From positions 1 to 16,937 of the forward strand of contig JBHIAI010000030.1 in assembly GCA_046861655.1 (NCBI GenBank): 16,937 nt of DNA, read 5' to 3'. Made by a program: the position numbers and the translations under genes. This document shows, one piece after another, positions 1 through 8,027 of this stretch; position 1 is the stretch's first letter, and every line of letters begins with the position of its first letter. This stretch comes from Fidelibacterota bacterium. Lineage in GTDB: Bacteria > Fidelibacterota > Marinisomatia > Marinisomatales > S15-B10. The notes beneath the pieces are model-generated. The model did not search any database and was not told where the DNA came from. It was given only the letters and a program-made list of their open reading frames with translations.

Positions 1-254
1 GCATGTAGAAGCACAAAAACCCCCACAAAGGAAAAAATGAAGACCCCCATACGCAGGTCTACCCACGAGACTACCGCCACGATGCTTCCACCGTAGATCA
101 CGAGATGAACCCCGAATGCCAGAATGTTGGCCCTCAAGATTTTCGTGGGATCATCTAAGAGGTAATGTCGCATAACCACGAAGGTCACTCCATGCACCCC
201 CGTGGGTATGGCCGCCCCCAAAACTAAGGACACGAGCATGCTGCCTTCCGTCAT
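1..254 (-). CDS. Hydrophobic membrane protein, ATP synthase protein I (AtpI/UncI)-like; 3' end outside the window
   Basis: Not in the ORF track; translated by hand from ATG at 254 (ATGA overlap with the stop of 251..499): MTEGSMLVSLVLGAAIPTGVHGVTFVVMRHYLLDDPTKILRANILAFGVHLVIYGGSIVAVVSWVDLRMGVFIFSFVGVFVLLH. It is open to the window edge, has about 3 hydrophobic segments and lies directly after an AtpZ-family gene. Confidence 0.65.
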   Translation of the reverse strand, partial: MTEGSMLVSLVLGAAIPTGVHGVTFVVMRHYLLDDPTKILRANILAFGVHLVIYGGSIVAVVSWVDLRMGVFIFSFVGVFVLLH

Positions 255-499
255 TTTCTTAGAACGATCCTCGCCATCTCGTACAGGCCAACAGCCAGGC
301 CAGCCGCAGTTCCCACCAGTAGAATCCATGGCTCAGTTCCCAGCCAGCGATCTAGCAAATACCCGGCCAGGCCCAGGCCAAGGATCGCGCCTATCAGGAC
401 ATAAGAGGCAGTCAGGTAGGGACCCGAATCCCGCAGCATCCTGGAAAAAATCTGGAAAACACGGCTCATGAATTCCTGTTTATCTCGCCCGTATGCCAC
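251..499 (-). CDS. atpZ: AtpZ/AtpI family protein (ATP synthase operon gene 1)
   Basis: 82 aa, two TM helices around the family signature GLAGYLLDRWLGTEPWILLVG...AVGLYEM. An alternative ATG start lies at 469. Confidence 0.85.
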   Translation of the reverse strand: MAYGRDKQEFMSRVFQIFSRMLRDSGPYLTASYVLIGAILGLGLAGYLLDRWLGTEPWILLVGTAAGLAVGLYEMARIVLRK

Positions 500-519
500 C
501 TATCTAGCCGGTCACCGGG

Positions 520-918
520 TTATGGCCACCCGGGGATTTCCCATTCTTCCCGGTCCCTGGAGCGGGCAGGACTCTCATCGGAAGCAGAGGCAAGATCGCA
601 CCGTCCCTCGAATTGGGCTCCCTCTTCAATGACCAGCTGACGGTATACGATATCCCCCTTCACCGCCGATCCACTCCGGAGTACCACTCTCCCCGTTGTG
701 GTGAGGTTTCCTTCAACCGTTCCTCCCACGTACGCGTGGGACGCGTTGACATCTCCCTTGATGAAGGCCGACCTGGTGATCCTCACAGGCCCGTCTGTCC
801 TCAGGTTGCCGTAGATTTTTCCGGCCACGATGGCCCCCCCTTTCAAAACCACATCACCCCGCACAACCGCCTCCTCACCAATCATGGTCTCAACATGTTT
901 GAGACTGTCCTTGGCCAC
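520..918 (-). CDS. Bactofilin (polymer-forming cytoskeletal protein, CcmA family)
   Basis: Beta-helix repeats ETMIGEEAVVRGDV...GKIYGNL...IKGDV...VGGTVEGNL...VKGDIVYRQLVIEEGAQFEGRC. GTG at 918 follows an SD-like GAGGGTG; the longest start is GTG at 933 (GTGA overlap with the M23 stop). Confidence 0.92.
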   Translation of the reverse strand: MAKDSLKHVETMIGEEAVVRGDVVLKGGAIVAGKIYGNLRTDGPVRITRSAFIKGDVNASHAYVGGTVEGNLTTTGRVVLRSGSAVKGDIVYRQLVIEEGAQFEGRCDLASASDESPARSRDREEWEIPGWP

Positions 919-929
919 GGGATCCACCC

Positions 930-1709
930 TCACTTTTTCGACCGGTACTGAACGATGAATAGGCCGGGATCCACAGGTTCATCCCCCTTCCAGATTTCGA
1001 AATGGAGATGGGGCCCTGTGGTGTGGCCCGTCTCGCCCACCAGGGCAATGAGCTGCCCCCTCTCCACCGTCTGCCGCTCCTGGACCAGGTTTCTCTGGTT
1101 ATGTCCGTACAGGGAAAAGAAATCATCCCCGTGATAGATGACAATGAGATTACCGTAAGGGAACGTCCATCCCGAAAACACGACCATGCCCGACGCTGCG
1201 GCATGGACCGCCGAACCCATCCTGGCCGCAACATCCAGACCAGGATGATCGTCTCCGATCCCGGTACCAGGCCGGTGGAAATCCTGGGCAACGAACCCCG
1301 CCACAGGCTGGCGGGAAGGAACATTGTCGAGATAGGAGACCGGGGTGAATCCAAGACTGTGGAGAGGAGAGGAGACTGAGACGCTGTCTTCCCTGACTCC
1401 CTCACCCCCAAACTCCAGATCGGTTTGCAGAAGATGACGGATATAGGCGTCCATTTCCTGGATTCGATCGAGATCCTTCACCAGTCTGGCTACCTTCATC
1501 CTCTCATCCATGAGCCCCTGGACCTGACCTTTTAGTCGACGGTAGTCCAGGGCCCGGGGAACCAGATACAGTCCAGATATCACCACCACTAAGGCGACCA
1601 GGAGTCCACCGGCCAGCCAGGTTCGAAGGGTACCTCTGCGGAGTTCGAAACTCCGGATGGTTTCACCGTCTTCGGACAGCCAGATGAGGGTCTGCTTCTT
1701 TCCGGCCAT
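930..1709 (-). CDS. Membrane-anchored M23 family metallo-endopeptidase (peptidoglycan hydrolase)
   Basis: Short N-terminal cytoplasmic segment, one TM helix (WLAGGLLVALVVVISGLYLV), a coiled-coil-like stretch, then an M23 domain with HPGLD (HxxxD), YGH and GPHLHFE (HxH). ATG at 1709, just after the parB stop, is preferred over the ORF-track start at 1748. Confidence 0.93.
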   Translation of the reverse strand: MAGKKQTLIWLSEDGETIRSFELRRGTLRTWLAGGLLVALVVVISGLYLVPRALDYRRLKGQVQGLMDERMKVARLVKDLDRIQEMDAYIRHLLQTDLEFGGEGVREDSVSVSSPLHSLGFTPVSYLDNVPSRQPVAGFVAQDFHRPGTGIGDDHPGLDVAARMGSAVHAAASGMVVFSGWTFPYGNLIVIYHGDDFFSLYGHNQRNLVQERQTVERGQLIALVGETGHTTGPHLHFEIWKGDEPVDPGLFIVQYRSKK

Positions 1710-1719
1710 AGAAGGGATC

Positions 1720-2604
1720 CTAGGTTTCGATTTCCGACCACAGCTCAACCAGACGCTGGAGATCCTCGTCGGAATAATAAGCCACCTCTATCACCCCCCC
1801 ATTACGCCGCACCCGGATGGTCACTCTCGTCCCCAGGATGCCGATGAGATCATTCTCAATCTTCCGGATATCCGCTGGCTTGGGAGTCCGTAATCTTGCC
1901 GGTCCTTTTCCCGTTTGTTTGGGGGACGATGTCCACTCGTTTACCAGTCGTTCCGTGTCCCGGACCGACAATCCCTGATCCACGATTTTCCTCCACAATC
2001 TCTTCACATCCCCCTGCTTTTTCAGTCCGAGAAGGGCCCGGGCGTGACCGGGGGTGATTCTGTCCTGTCTCAGGCTCTCCTTGATTTCTCCGGGGAGTCT
2101 GAGGAGACGGAGCGTATTGGACACGGCGACCCGGCTTTTCCCCACCGCTTTGGCGATTTCCGCCTGGGTCAGGCCGTATTCAGAGGTAAGGGTGGCATAC
2201 GCCCGGGCTTCATCCAACACGTTAAGATCCTCCCTCTGGAGATTCTCAACCAGGGCGTATTCCATCATTTCCACGTCGTCATCCACCTGAATCACATGAG
2301 CCGGAATCTCCGTGAGGCCCAGGGACCGGGCTGCCCGCCATCGTCTTTCCCCCACGATCAGTTCGTACCGATCGTCCTTGGCCCGGACGGTTACCGGCTG
2401 GATCATTCCCCTTTCCCTGATAGAGGTGGCAAGTTCCTCAAGACTTTTCCTGGCTGCCTCCGACTCTAAATCCTGACGGGGCTGAAAAGGGTTGGGGGAA
2501 ACCAACTCCAGGGGGATGTACAGAACACCCTCCGGTGTGACCGTTTCATCGGTGGTTTCCCGTATGAGAGCGCTAAGGCCCCTACCGAGTCGCTTTGCCG
2601 TCAC
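1720..2604 (-). CDS. parB: Chromosome partitioning protein ParB (Spo0J)
   Basis: N-terminal LGRGLSALI peptide, PNPFQPR, GERRWRA arginine patch, ENLQREDLN, HTH TQAEIAKAVGKSRVAVSNTLRLL, GHARALL. Confidence 0.97.
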   Translation of the reverse strand: MTAKRLGRGLSALIRETTDETVTPEGVLYIPLELVSPNPFQPRQDLESEAARKSLEELATSIRERGMIQPVTVRAKDDRYELIVGERRWRAARSLGLTEIPAHVIQVDDDVEMMEYALVENLQREDLNVLDEARAYATLTSEYGLTQAEIAKAVGKSRVAVSNTLRLLRLPGEIKESLRQDRITPGHARALLGLKKQGDVKRLWRKIVDQGLSVRDTERLVNEWTSSPKQTGKGPARLRTPKPADIRKIENDLIGILGTRVTIRVRRNGGVIEVAYYSDEDLQRLVELWSEIET

Positions 2605-3358
2605 GGGTCAGGATTTCCTCTACCAGGGCCAGGTAGTCCTGGGCACCGGGTGAATTCGCTTCGTAAAGCAGGATGGGCTTTCCGAAACTGGGTGCTTCTC
2701 CCAGCCGGACATTCCGCCGGATGATGGTCTTGAAGGCATTCTCGCTGAAATAACTCCTTACCTCCTTCTCCACATGTTTGGACAGATTGAGTCGACTGTC
2801 ATACATGGTGATGAGAACGCCCTCGATATCGAGCTTACTGTTCAGGTGCCTTTGAACCAGACGAATCGTCTGGAGTAATTGACTGAGCCCCTCCAGAGCA
2901 TAGTACTCACACTGGATAGGGATCAGTACCGAATCGGCAAAGGCCAGGGCGTTGAGAGTCAACAAGCCCAATGACGGAGGACAATCCAATAGCACATATT
3001 CGTAATCGTCTGTAACCGATTTCAGGGCATCCCTTAAATGGTATTCCCGGGCAATCAAACCAACCAGCTCAATCTCCGCACCCACCAGATCGTGGGTGCT
3101 GGGAATGATATGAAGATGGGAAAGGGTGGTGGTGGAGATACTTTCCCTGACAGGTATCCCCTTAATAAGGATATCATACATATTCGATGGGCCAGGCTCC
3201 AGGATGTCCGCAAGACCCGTGGTGGCGTTGGACTGCGGATCCAGATCGACCAGAAGGGTCATCCTCTCCGAAACGGCCAGCCCGGCGGCAATATTGACCG
3301 CGGAGGTGGTTTTCCCCACCCCTCCTTTCTGATTCGCGAAGGCGATCACTCTTCCCAT
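2582..3358 (-). CDS. parA: Chromosome partitioning ATPase ParA (Soj)
   Basis: Deviant Walker A NQKGGVGKTT, DLDPQSNAT, DCPPSLGLLT, QCEYYALEGL, RNVRLGEAPSFGKP. Start at ATG 3358 (MGRVIAF) is typical of Soj. Confidence 0.97.
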   Translation of the reverse strand: MGRVIAFANQKGGVGKTTSAVNIAAGLAVSERMTLLVDLDPQSNATTGLADILEPGPSNMYDILIKGIPVRESISTTTLSHLHIIPSTHDLVGAEIELVGLIAREYHLRDALKSVTDDYEYVLLDCPPSLGLLTLNALAFADSVLIPIQCEYYALEGLSQLLQTIRLVQRHLNSKLDIEGVLITMYDSRLNLSKHVEKEVRSYFSENAFKTIIRRNVRLGEAPSFGKPILLYEANSPGAQDYLALVEEILTRDGKATR

Positions 3359-3511
3359 CGGTATCTGCCCCCTTCCCGGTCGCGCCAACTCATCCATCAA
3401 CCACACAGTGCAAAGAGCATTTCCGTACCATGGTAAAAAGGTCGAAACCGCCTGATTCCCCGCCGTATCCTCAGGTATGTTACGTAATCTTTTCCTTCAT
3501 TGGATTATGGC

Positions 3512-3547
3512 TTCCGTTCTCTCCGTGCCCTCTGTGGTCCTGTGGAG
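3512..3547. repeat. Degenerate ~9-nt tandem repeat (ttccgttct ctccgtgcc ctctgtggt cctgtggag)
   Basis: Three to four imperfect CTCYGTGNN units in the parA-tdh intergenic region. Confidence 0.45.
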
Positions 3548-3650
3548 AATATCCGAGGTTCGATGAATTTAACGACCGGTGGAAGGAGAAACAAGGATAT
3601 CTCCCCTGCCGGGTGCTCCGTTTCTCGACGAGAAAACCGTGAAATTCTGC

Positions 3651-3679
3651 TTGCGGTCTCACACCCTCTCGCCTAAATT
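3651..3679 (+). promoter_or_regulatory. Putative sigma70 promoter of tdh-kbl
   Basis: TTGCGG (3651-3656), 17-nt spacer, TAAATT (3674-3679), about 30 nt before ATG 3709. Confidence 0.55.
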
Positions 3680-3708
3680 GAATCGCCCCGTGATAGCTTC
3701 AAACCGCC

Positions 3709-4737
3709 ATGCGTAGACCCGTTATCCTCATCACCGGTGCGAACGGCGAAGTGGGTCGTGGCCTCATCGTTTCCCTGGCCTCGGAGAACAGGGAGAAGAT
3801 GGTGGGCCTGGATACCGACCCCATGGATGACGGAGTGAGCCAGCACCTGCTGGAAAGCATTCAGGGAAGCGTTCTGGACACCAACCTGCTGGAGCGCATT
3901 CAGGCCGAATACGAAATATCCGAAATCTACCACCTGGCCGCCGTCCTCAGTACCCGGGCGGAATTCTCGCCCCTGACGGCCCATGACGTGAATGTGGGAG
4001 GGACCCTGAACCTTCTCCGACTGGCCATGGACGAGGCGGCAAGCCAGGAGAGGACGGTGAAGTTTTTCTTCCCCAGCTCCATCGCCGTGTATGGATTGGG
4101 AGGATTGAAGAACAAGAATCGGATAGGAAGGATTACTGAGGATCAGTACCGAAACCCCGAAACCATGTATGGATGCAACAAACTCTACTGCGAAAGTCTC
4201 GGCATCTATTTTTCCCGCTTCTACAGGCGCCGGGCCGCCGGTACCCTGCCGGGAAAAATCGATTTTCGGTCCATCCGCTTCCCGGGACTCATCAGTGCCA
4301 CCACGCTCCCTTCGGGTGGAACCAGCGACTTTGGTCCCGAAATGCTCCATGCCGCCGCCAGGAAGGAACCCTATTCCTGCTTTGTTCGTGAAGATACCAC
4401 CATGCCTTTCATGACCATGACCGATGCCGTGGGAGCCATCCGGTCCTTGATGGCCGCCCCGGCGGATAGACTGACACGCCCGGTTTACCACGTCACCGCC
4501 TTCAGCCCCTCCGCCGGCGCCTTTCGAGACAAGATCATTTCCTACTTTCCCAATGCCAGGATCGATTTTGACATCAATGACAAACGGCAGTCCATCATCG
4601 ACAGTTGGCCCGCGGACCTAAACGATGGGCATGCCCGCCGGGACTGGGGCTGGAAACCACAATACGATTTCGACCGGGCCTTTGAGCACTATCTCATTCC
4701 TGAGGTCCAAAAGCGCTACGACCTGAACCGTCCGTGA
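3709..4737 (+). CDS. tdh: L-threonine 3-dehydrogenase, extended SDR (NAD-dependent epimerase/dehydratase fold)
   Basis: ITGANGEVG Rossmann motif, HLAAVLS, PSSIAVYG, YGCNK (YxxxK), RFPGLIS..PSGGTSDF, RQSIIDSWP..ARRDWGW; directly upstream of kbl. Confidence 0.88.
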   Translation: MRRPVILITGANGEVGRGLIVSLASENREKMVGLDTDPMDDGVSQHLLESIQGSVLDTNLLERIQAEYEISEIYHLAAVLSTRAEFSPLTAHDVNVGGTLNLLRLAMDEAASQERTVKFFFPSSIAVYGLGGLKNKNRIGRITEDQYRNPETMYGCNKLYCESLGIYFSRFYRRRAAGTLPGKIDFRSIRFPGLISATTLPSGGTSDFGPEMLHAAARKEPYSCFVREDTTMPFMTMTDAVGAIRSLMAAPADRLTRPVYHVTAFSPSAGAFRDKIISYFPNARIDFDINDKRQSIIDSWPADLNDGHARRDWGWKPQYDFDRAFEHYLIPEVQKRYDLNRP

Positions 4738-4758
4738 ATCAACCCGGGAGGAACCAGT

Positions 4759-5943
4759 ATGCAAACAATCGAGACCAGATTCGCCACTGAACTGGAGGAG
4801 ATCAAGAAGGCCGGCCTGTTCAAAGGGGAACGAATCATCGATTCCCAGCAGAGCGCAGACATCGTGGTCAAAGGGAAAAAGGTCATCAATTTCTGTGCCA
4901 ACAATTATCTGGGTCTGGCCAACAATCCGGCCCTTATCCAGGCCGCCAAGGACGGATTGGACCGATGGGGGTTCGGTCTCAGTTCCGTTCGGTTCATCTG
5001 CGGAACCCAGACCATTCACAAGATTCTCGAAGAGAAGATTGCCCGGTTCCTCCAGACAGACGATACCATCCTTTACACCTCGTGTTTCGATGCCAACGGA
5101 GGCCTGTTCGAAACCCTCCTGGGTCCGGAGGACGCCGTCATTTCCGACCAGCTGAACCACGCCTCCATCATCGACGGAATCCGGCTCAGCAAAGCCCAGC
5201 GTTTCCGCTACGCCCATGCGGACATGGATGAGCTTGAGGATATCCTGAAGAAAACCCAGTCCAACCGAACCCGGTTGATTGCCACGGACGGGGTGTTTTC
5301 TATGGACGGAGATGTGGCCAACCTGAAGGACATCTGTGACCTGGCCAGCCGGTATGAGGCCCTGGTTCTCGTAGATGATTCTCATGCCACCGGTTTCTTT
5401 GGCCCTTCGGGGCGCGGTTCCATAGAGCACTGCGGTGTCATGGGCAGGGTGGATATCATTACGTCCACTCTGGGCAAGGCACTGGGAGGAGCCAGCGGAG
5501 GCTTCGCGTCGGGAAAGCAGGAAATCGTGGACATACTGAGGCAGCGATCCCGGCCGTACCTGTTCAGCAACACCCTTGCCCCCCCTATCGTGGCGGCCAG
5601 CATTGCGTGTCTGGACATGCTATCTGATACCACGGTTCTCAGGGATACTCTCCTGGACAATACAGCCTATTTCAGGGAGAAGATGACGGAAGCCGGTTTT
5701 GACATCCGTCAGGGTATTCATCCCATCGTTCCCATCATGCTGGGGGATGCTCGCCTGGCCCAGGACATGGCAGCGGATCTTCTGAAAGAGAGAATCTACG
5801 TCACCGGTTTTTCCTATCCAGTGGTTCCCCGCGGGGAAGCTCGCATCCGTGTCCAGATCAGCGCCGCCCACAACCGGAAACACCTGGACCAGGCCATCGA
5901 GGCCTTCAAGACGGTGGGGCGGCAGCACGGGGTGGTCGCGTGA
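4759..5943 (+). CDS. kbl: Glycine C-acetyltransferase (2-amino-3-ketobutyrate CoA ligase)
   Basis: [49 protein letters not shown] lysine in [31 protein letters not shown] upstream of the ATG. Confidence 0.97.
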   Translation: MQTIETRFATELEEIKKAGLFKGERIIDSQQSADIVVKGKKVINFCANNYLGLANNPALIQAAKDGLDRWGFGLSSVRFICGTQTIHKILEEKIARFLQTDDTILYTSCFDANGGLFETLLGPEDAVISDQLNHASIIDGIRLSKAQRFRYAHADMDELEDILKKTQSNRTRLIATDGVFSMDGDVANLKDICDLASRYEALVLVDDSHATGFFGPSGRGSIEHCGVMGRVDIITSTLGKALGGASGGFASGKQEIVDILRQRSRPYLFSNTLAPPIVAASIACLDMLSDTTVLRDTLLDNTAYFREKMTEAGFDIRQGIHPIVPIMLGDARLAQDMAADLLKERIYVTGFSYPVVPRGEARIRVQISAAHNRKHLDQAIEAFKTVGRQHGVVA

Positions 5944-6033
5944 TCCAGACCTGTGGGCAAGGGCGAACCGCCGGGCATGGTGAACTGCTTGTAGGGATTT
6001 TCGAAATGCGAAACGAGCAAGGAGTGAAAATCG

Positions 6034-6063
6034 TTGACATGCAAAAGGGGGTCAGGGTAAATT
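6034..6063 (+). promoter_or_regulatory. Putative sigma70 promoter of secD-secF
   Basis: Perfect TTGACA (6034-6039), 18-nt spacer, TAAATT (6058-6063), 50 nt before GTG 6114. Confidence 0.65.
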
Positions 6064-6113
6064 CGCCACCGCTTGCTTGACTTTACGTCTCCAGAGCGAA
6101 CCTGATCGGTCAC

Positions 6114-8027
6114 GTGTTTCAGAAAACAACCCCCCGACTCATCCTCATCGGCGTGGTGCTCCTGTGGGCGGTCTACGCCCTCTATCCTACCCTGAGGTAC
6201 CAGACCCTTTCACCGGAACAGCGCGAATCCATGGCCCGCACGGGAGAACTGGAAGAACTGGAAGACACAATCATCCGCCAGGGCCTGGACCTCCAGGGCG
6301 GTATGCACATCGTCCTGGAGGTGGACATTCCCACCCTTGTGCAGAATGCCGCGTCCAACAAGGACGAGCTCTTCACTCATGTCCTGGAGGTGGCCAGGAC
6401 CCGGGCTCTCGAAACCGATGAAGAATTCATCCAGGCCTTTGCCGCCGAAACCGAGGCCGCAGACCTAAGACTCAGGCGATACTTCCCTGACCTGGGCCCC
6501 GATAACGGCGCCGTCCTGGATCACCTGAGCAACGAAGCCACCGACGCTATCAACCGGGCCCTGGAAATCCTTCAAAACAGGGTGGATGAATTTGGTGTGT
6601 CCGAACCGACCATCCAGAAACAGGGAAACAGAAGGATCATCGTGGAACTGGCAGGCATCCAAGATCCCCAACGGGCCCGGGCTCTCCTGGAAAAAACGGC
6701 CCTGTTGGAATTTGTCCTGCTGAAAGATCCCGACATCACCCAGGACCTTCTCAATCAGGTAGACAGGATTCTGAAGGGAACCGGGGAGCTGGCGGAAGTC
6801 CTGGAACGATCCCTGGAGACCCAACCGGTACCGGGTGACACAGCCCTCGAGGCGGAACCAAGAATTGCCCAGGAACAGGAGGTTTCCCTCACGGAGCTTT
6901 TTGGAGAGGGCGCCCCGGAGGAACCATCGGTCCAGGACACGTCCAGAGTTGTGGTGGATCAGCAACTTTTCCAGGATCGCCCGTTCTCCTCCCTCCTGAG
7001 AAACCTGGGTGGAGACCTGGGAGTTCCGGAAAAGAACGTGTTCGCCGTTCGAAGAATCCTGGAAATGGACGATGTTCGATCCCTGCTGAGAACCACAGAT
7101 TCTCGCCTGACGTGGGGCTCAGGTGAGGAATCCTGGACGACACCCGATGGCCAGCGGGAAAGGTTTATCCGGCTGTACCATCTGGAATCAGGATCGGGAT
7201 TGACCGGCGGTGTGGTTACGGAGGCCAGGGAGGACCTGTACAATGGTCAACCCATCGTCCGGCTCTCTATGAACTCGGAAGGGGCCAAGACGTGGTCGCG
7301 ACTCACCGGAGCCAACGTGGGGAAAAGAGTGGCCATCGTTCTGGACAAAAAGGTCCATATGGCTCCCGTTATCCGGACCAAGATCACCGATGGGAGGACC
7401 CAGGTGGAAGGCCTGGCCAACATGGCTGAAGCTAAAGACATCGCCATCGTACTGAGAGCTGGGGCCCTGCCGGCTCCCGTGAATATCATCGAAGAAAGGA
7501 CTGTCGGTCCTTCTCTCGGCCATGATTCCATCCGCATGGGCACCCGGTCCATTCTCATCGGACTCGCCCTTGTGGTGGTATTCATGGTGGTGTACTACAA
7601 GCTGTCAGGCATAGTAGCCGATTTCGCCCTGATCTGGAACCTGCTTCTGGTTCTTGCCATCCTGGCCATGCTTAAGGCGACTCTCACCCTTCCGGGAATA
7701 GCCGGACTGATTCTAACCGTAGGAATGTCCGTAGACGCCAACGTGATCATTTTTGAACGAATTCGCGAAGAACTGGATAAAGGAAAAACAGTCAGGGCTG
7801 CCATCGACAGCGGCTATAAGCGGGCGTTCACCACCATTTTCGACGCCAACGCTACCACCTTTGCCACAGCCATCATCCTCTCATGGGTGGGAACGGGTCC
7901 CGTGAAGGGATTCGGGTACGTACTGGCCTGGGGAATTGTGATCAGTTTCTTCACCGCTGTATTCGTCACACGGACCATATTCAACCTCATGGCCTCCCGG
8001 GGCAGAGCGACGAGATTGAGCATATGA
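6114..8027 (+). CDS. secD: Protein translocase subunit SecD
   Basis: GLDLQGG, NRVDEFGVSEPTIQKQG, AIVLD, LRAGALPAP, ERTVGPSLG, LTLPGIAGLILTVGMSVDANVIIFERIREE, DANATT, GPVKGF. Confidence 0.97.
   Translation: MFQKTTPRLILIGVVLLWAVYALYPTLRYQTLSPEQRESMARTGELEELEDTIIRQGLDLQGGMHIVLEVDIPTLVQNAASNKDELFTHVLEVARTRALETDEEFIQAFAAETEAADLRLRRYFPDLGPDNGAVLDHLSNEATDAINRALEILQNRVDEFGVSEPTIQKQGNRRIIVELAGIQDPQRARALLEKTALLEFVLLKDPDITQDLLNQVDRILKGTGELAEVLERSLETQPVPGDTALEAEPRIAQEQEVSLTELFGEGAPEEPSVQDTSRVVVDQQLFQDRPFSSLLRNLGGDLGVPEKNVFAVRRILEMDDVRSLLRTTDSRLTWGSGEESWTTPDGQRERFIRLYHLESGSGLTGGVVTEAREDLYNGQPIVRLSMNSEGAKTWSRLTGANVGKRVAIVLDKKVHMAPVIRTKITDGRTQVEGLANMAEAKDIAIVLRAGALPAPVNIIEERTVGPSLGHDSIRMGTRSILIGLALVVVFMVVYYKLSGIVADFALIWNLLLVLAILAMLKATLTLPGIAGLILTVGMSVDANVIIFERIREELDKGKTVRAAIDSGYKRAFTTIFDANATTFATAIILSWVGTGPVKGFGYVLAWGIVISFFTAVFVTRTIFNLMASRGRATRLSI

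Noticed and set aside
3410..3430. Sigma54-like TGGTACGGAAATGCT on the minus strand upstream of parA
   Set aside because: GG-to-GC spacing is 9 nt (11 nt for the alternative pairing), not the required 10.
3465..3549. DnaA-box-like 9-mers (GTATCCTCA, TGTGGAGAA) suggesting oriC
   Set aside because: Only two mismatched boxes, one of them inside the nonamer repeat; no box cluster or AT-rich unwinding element.
3430..3662. Small intergenic ORFs of 70 aa (+) and 60 aa (-)
   Set aside because: No SD or recognisable motifs; they run through the repeat and promoter elements.
3673..5430. Minus-strand ORFs of 272 and 270 aa
   Set aside because: Antisense to the well-supported tdh and kbl genes.
6108..6127. 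CACGTG core near the secD start as a parS site (similar case at about 14687-14700)
   Set aside because: Flanks do not form the TGTTTCACGTGAAACA palindrome; no parS was found by eye in the window.
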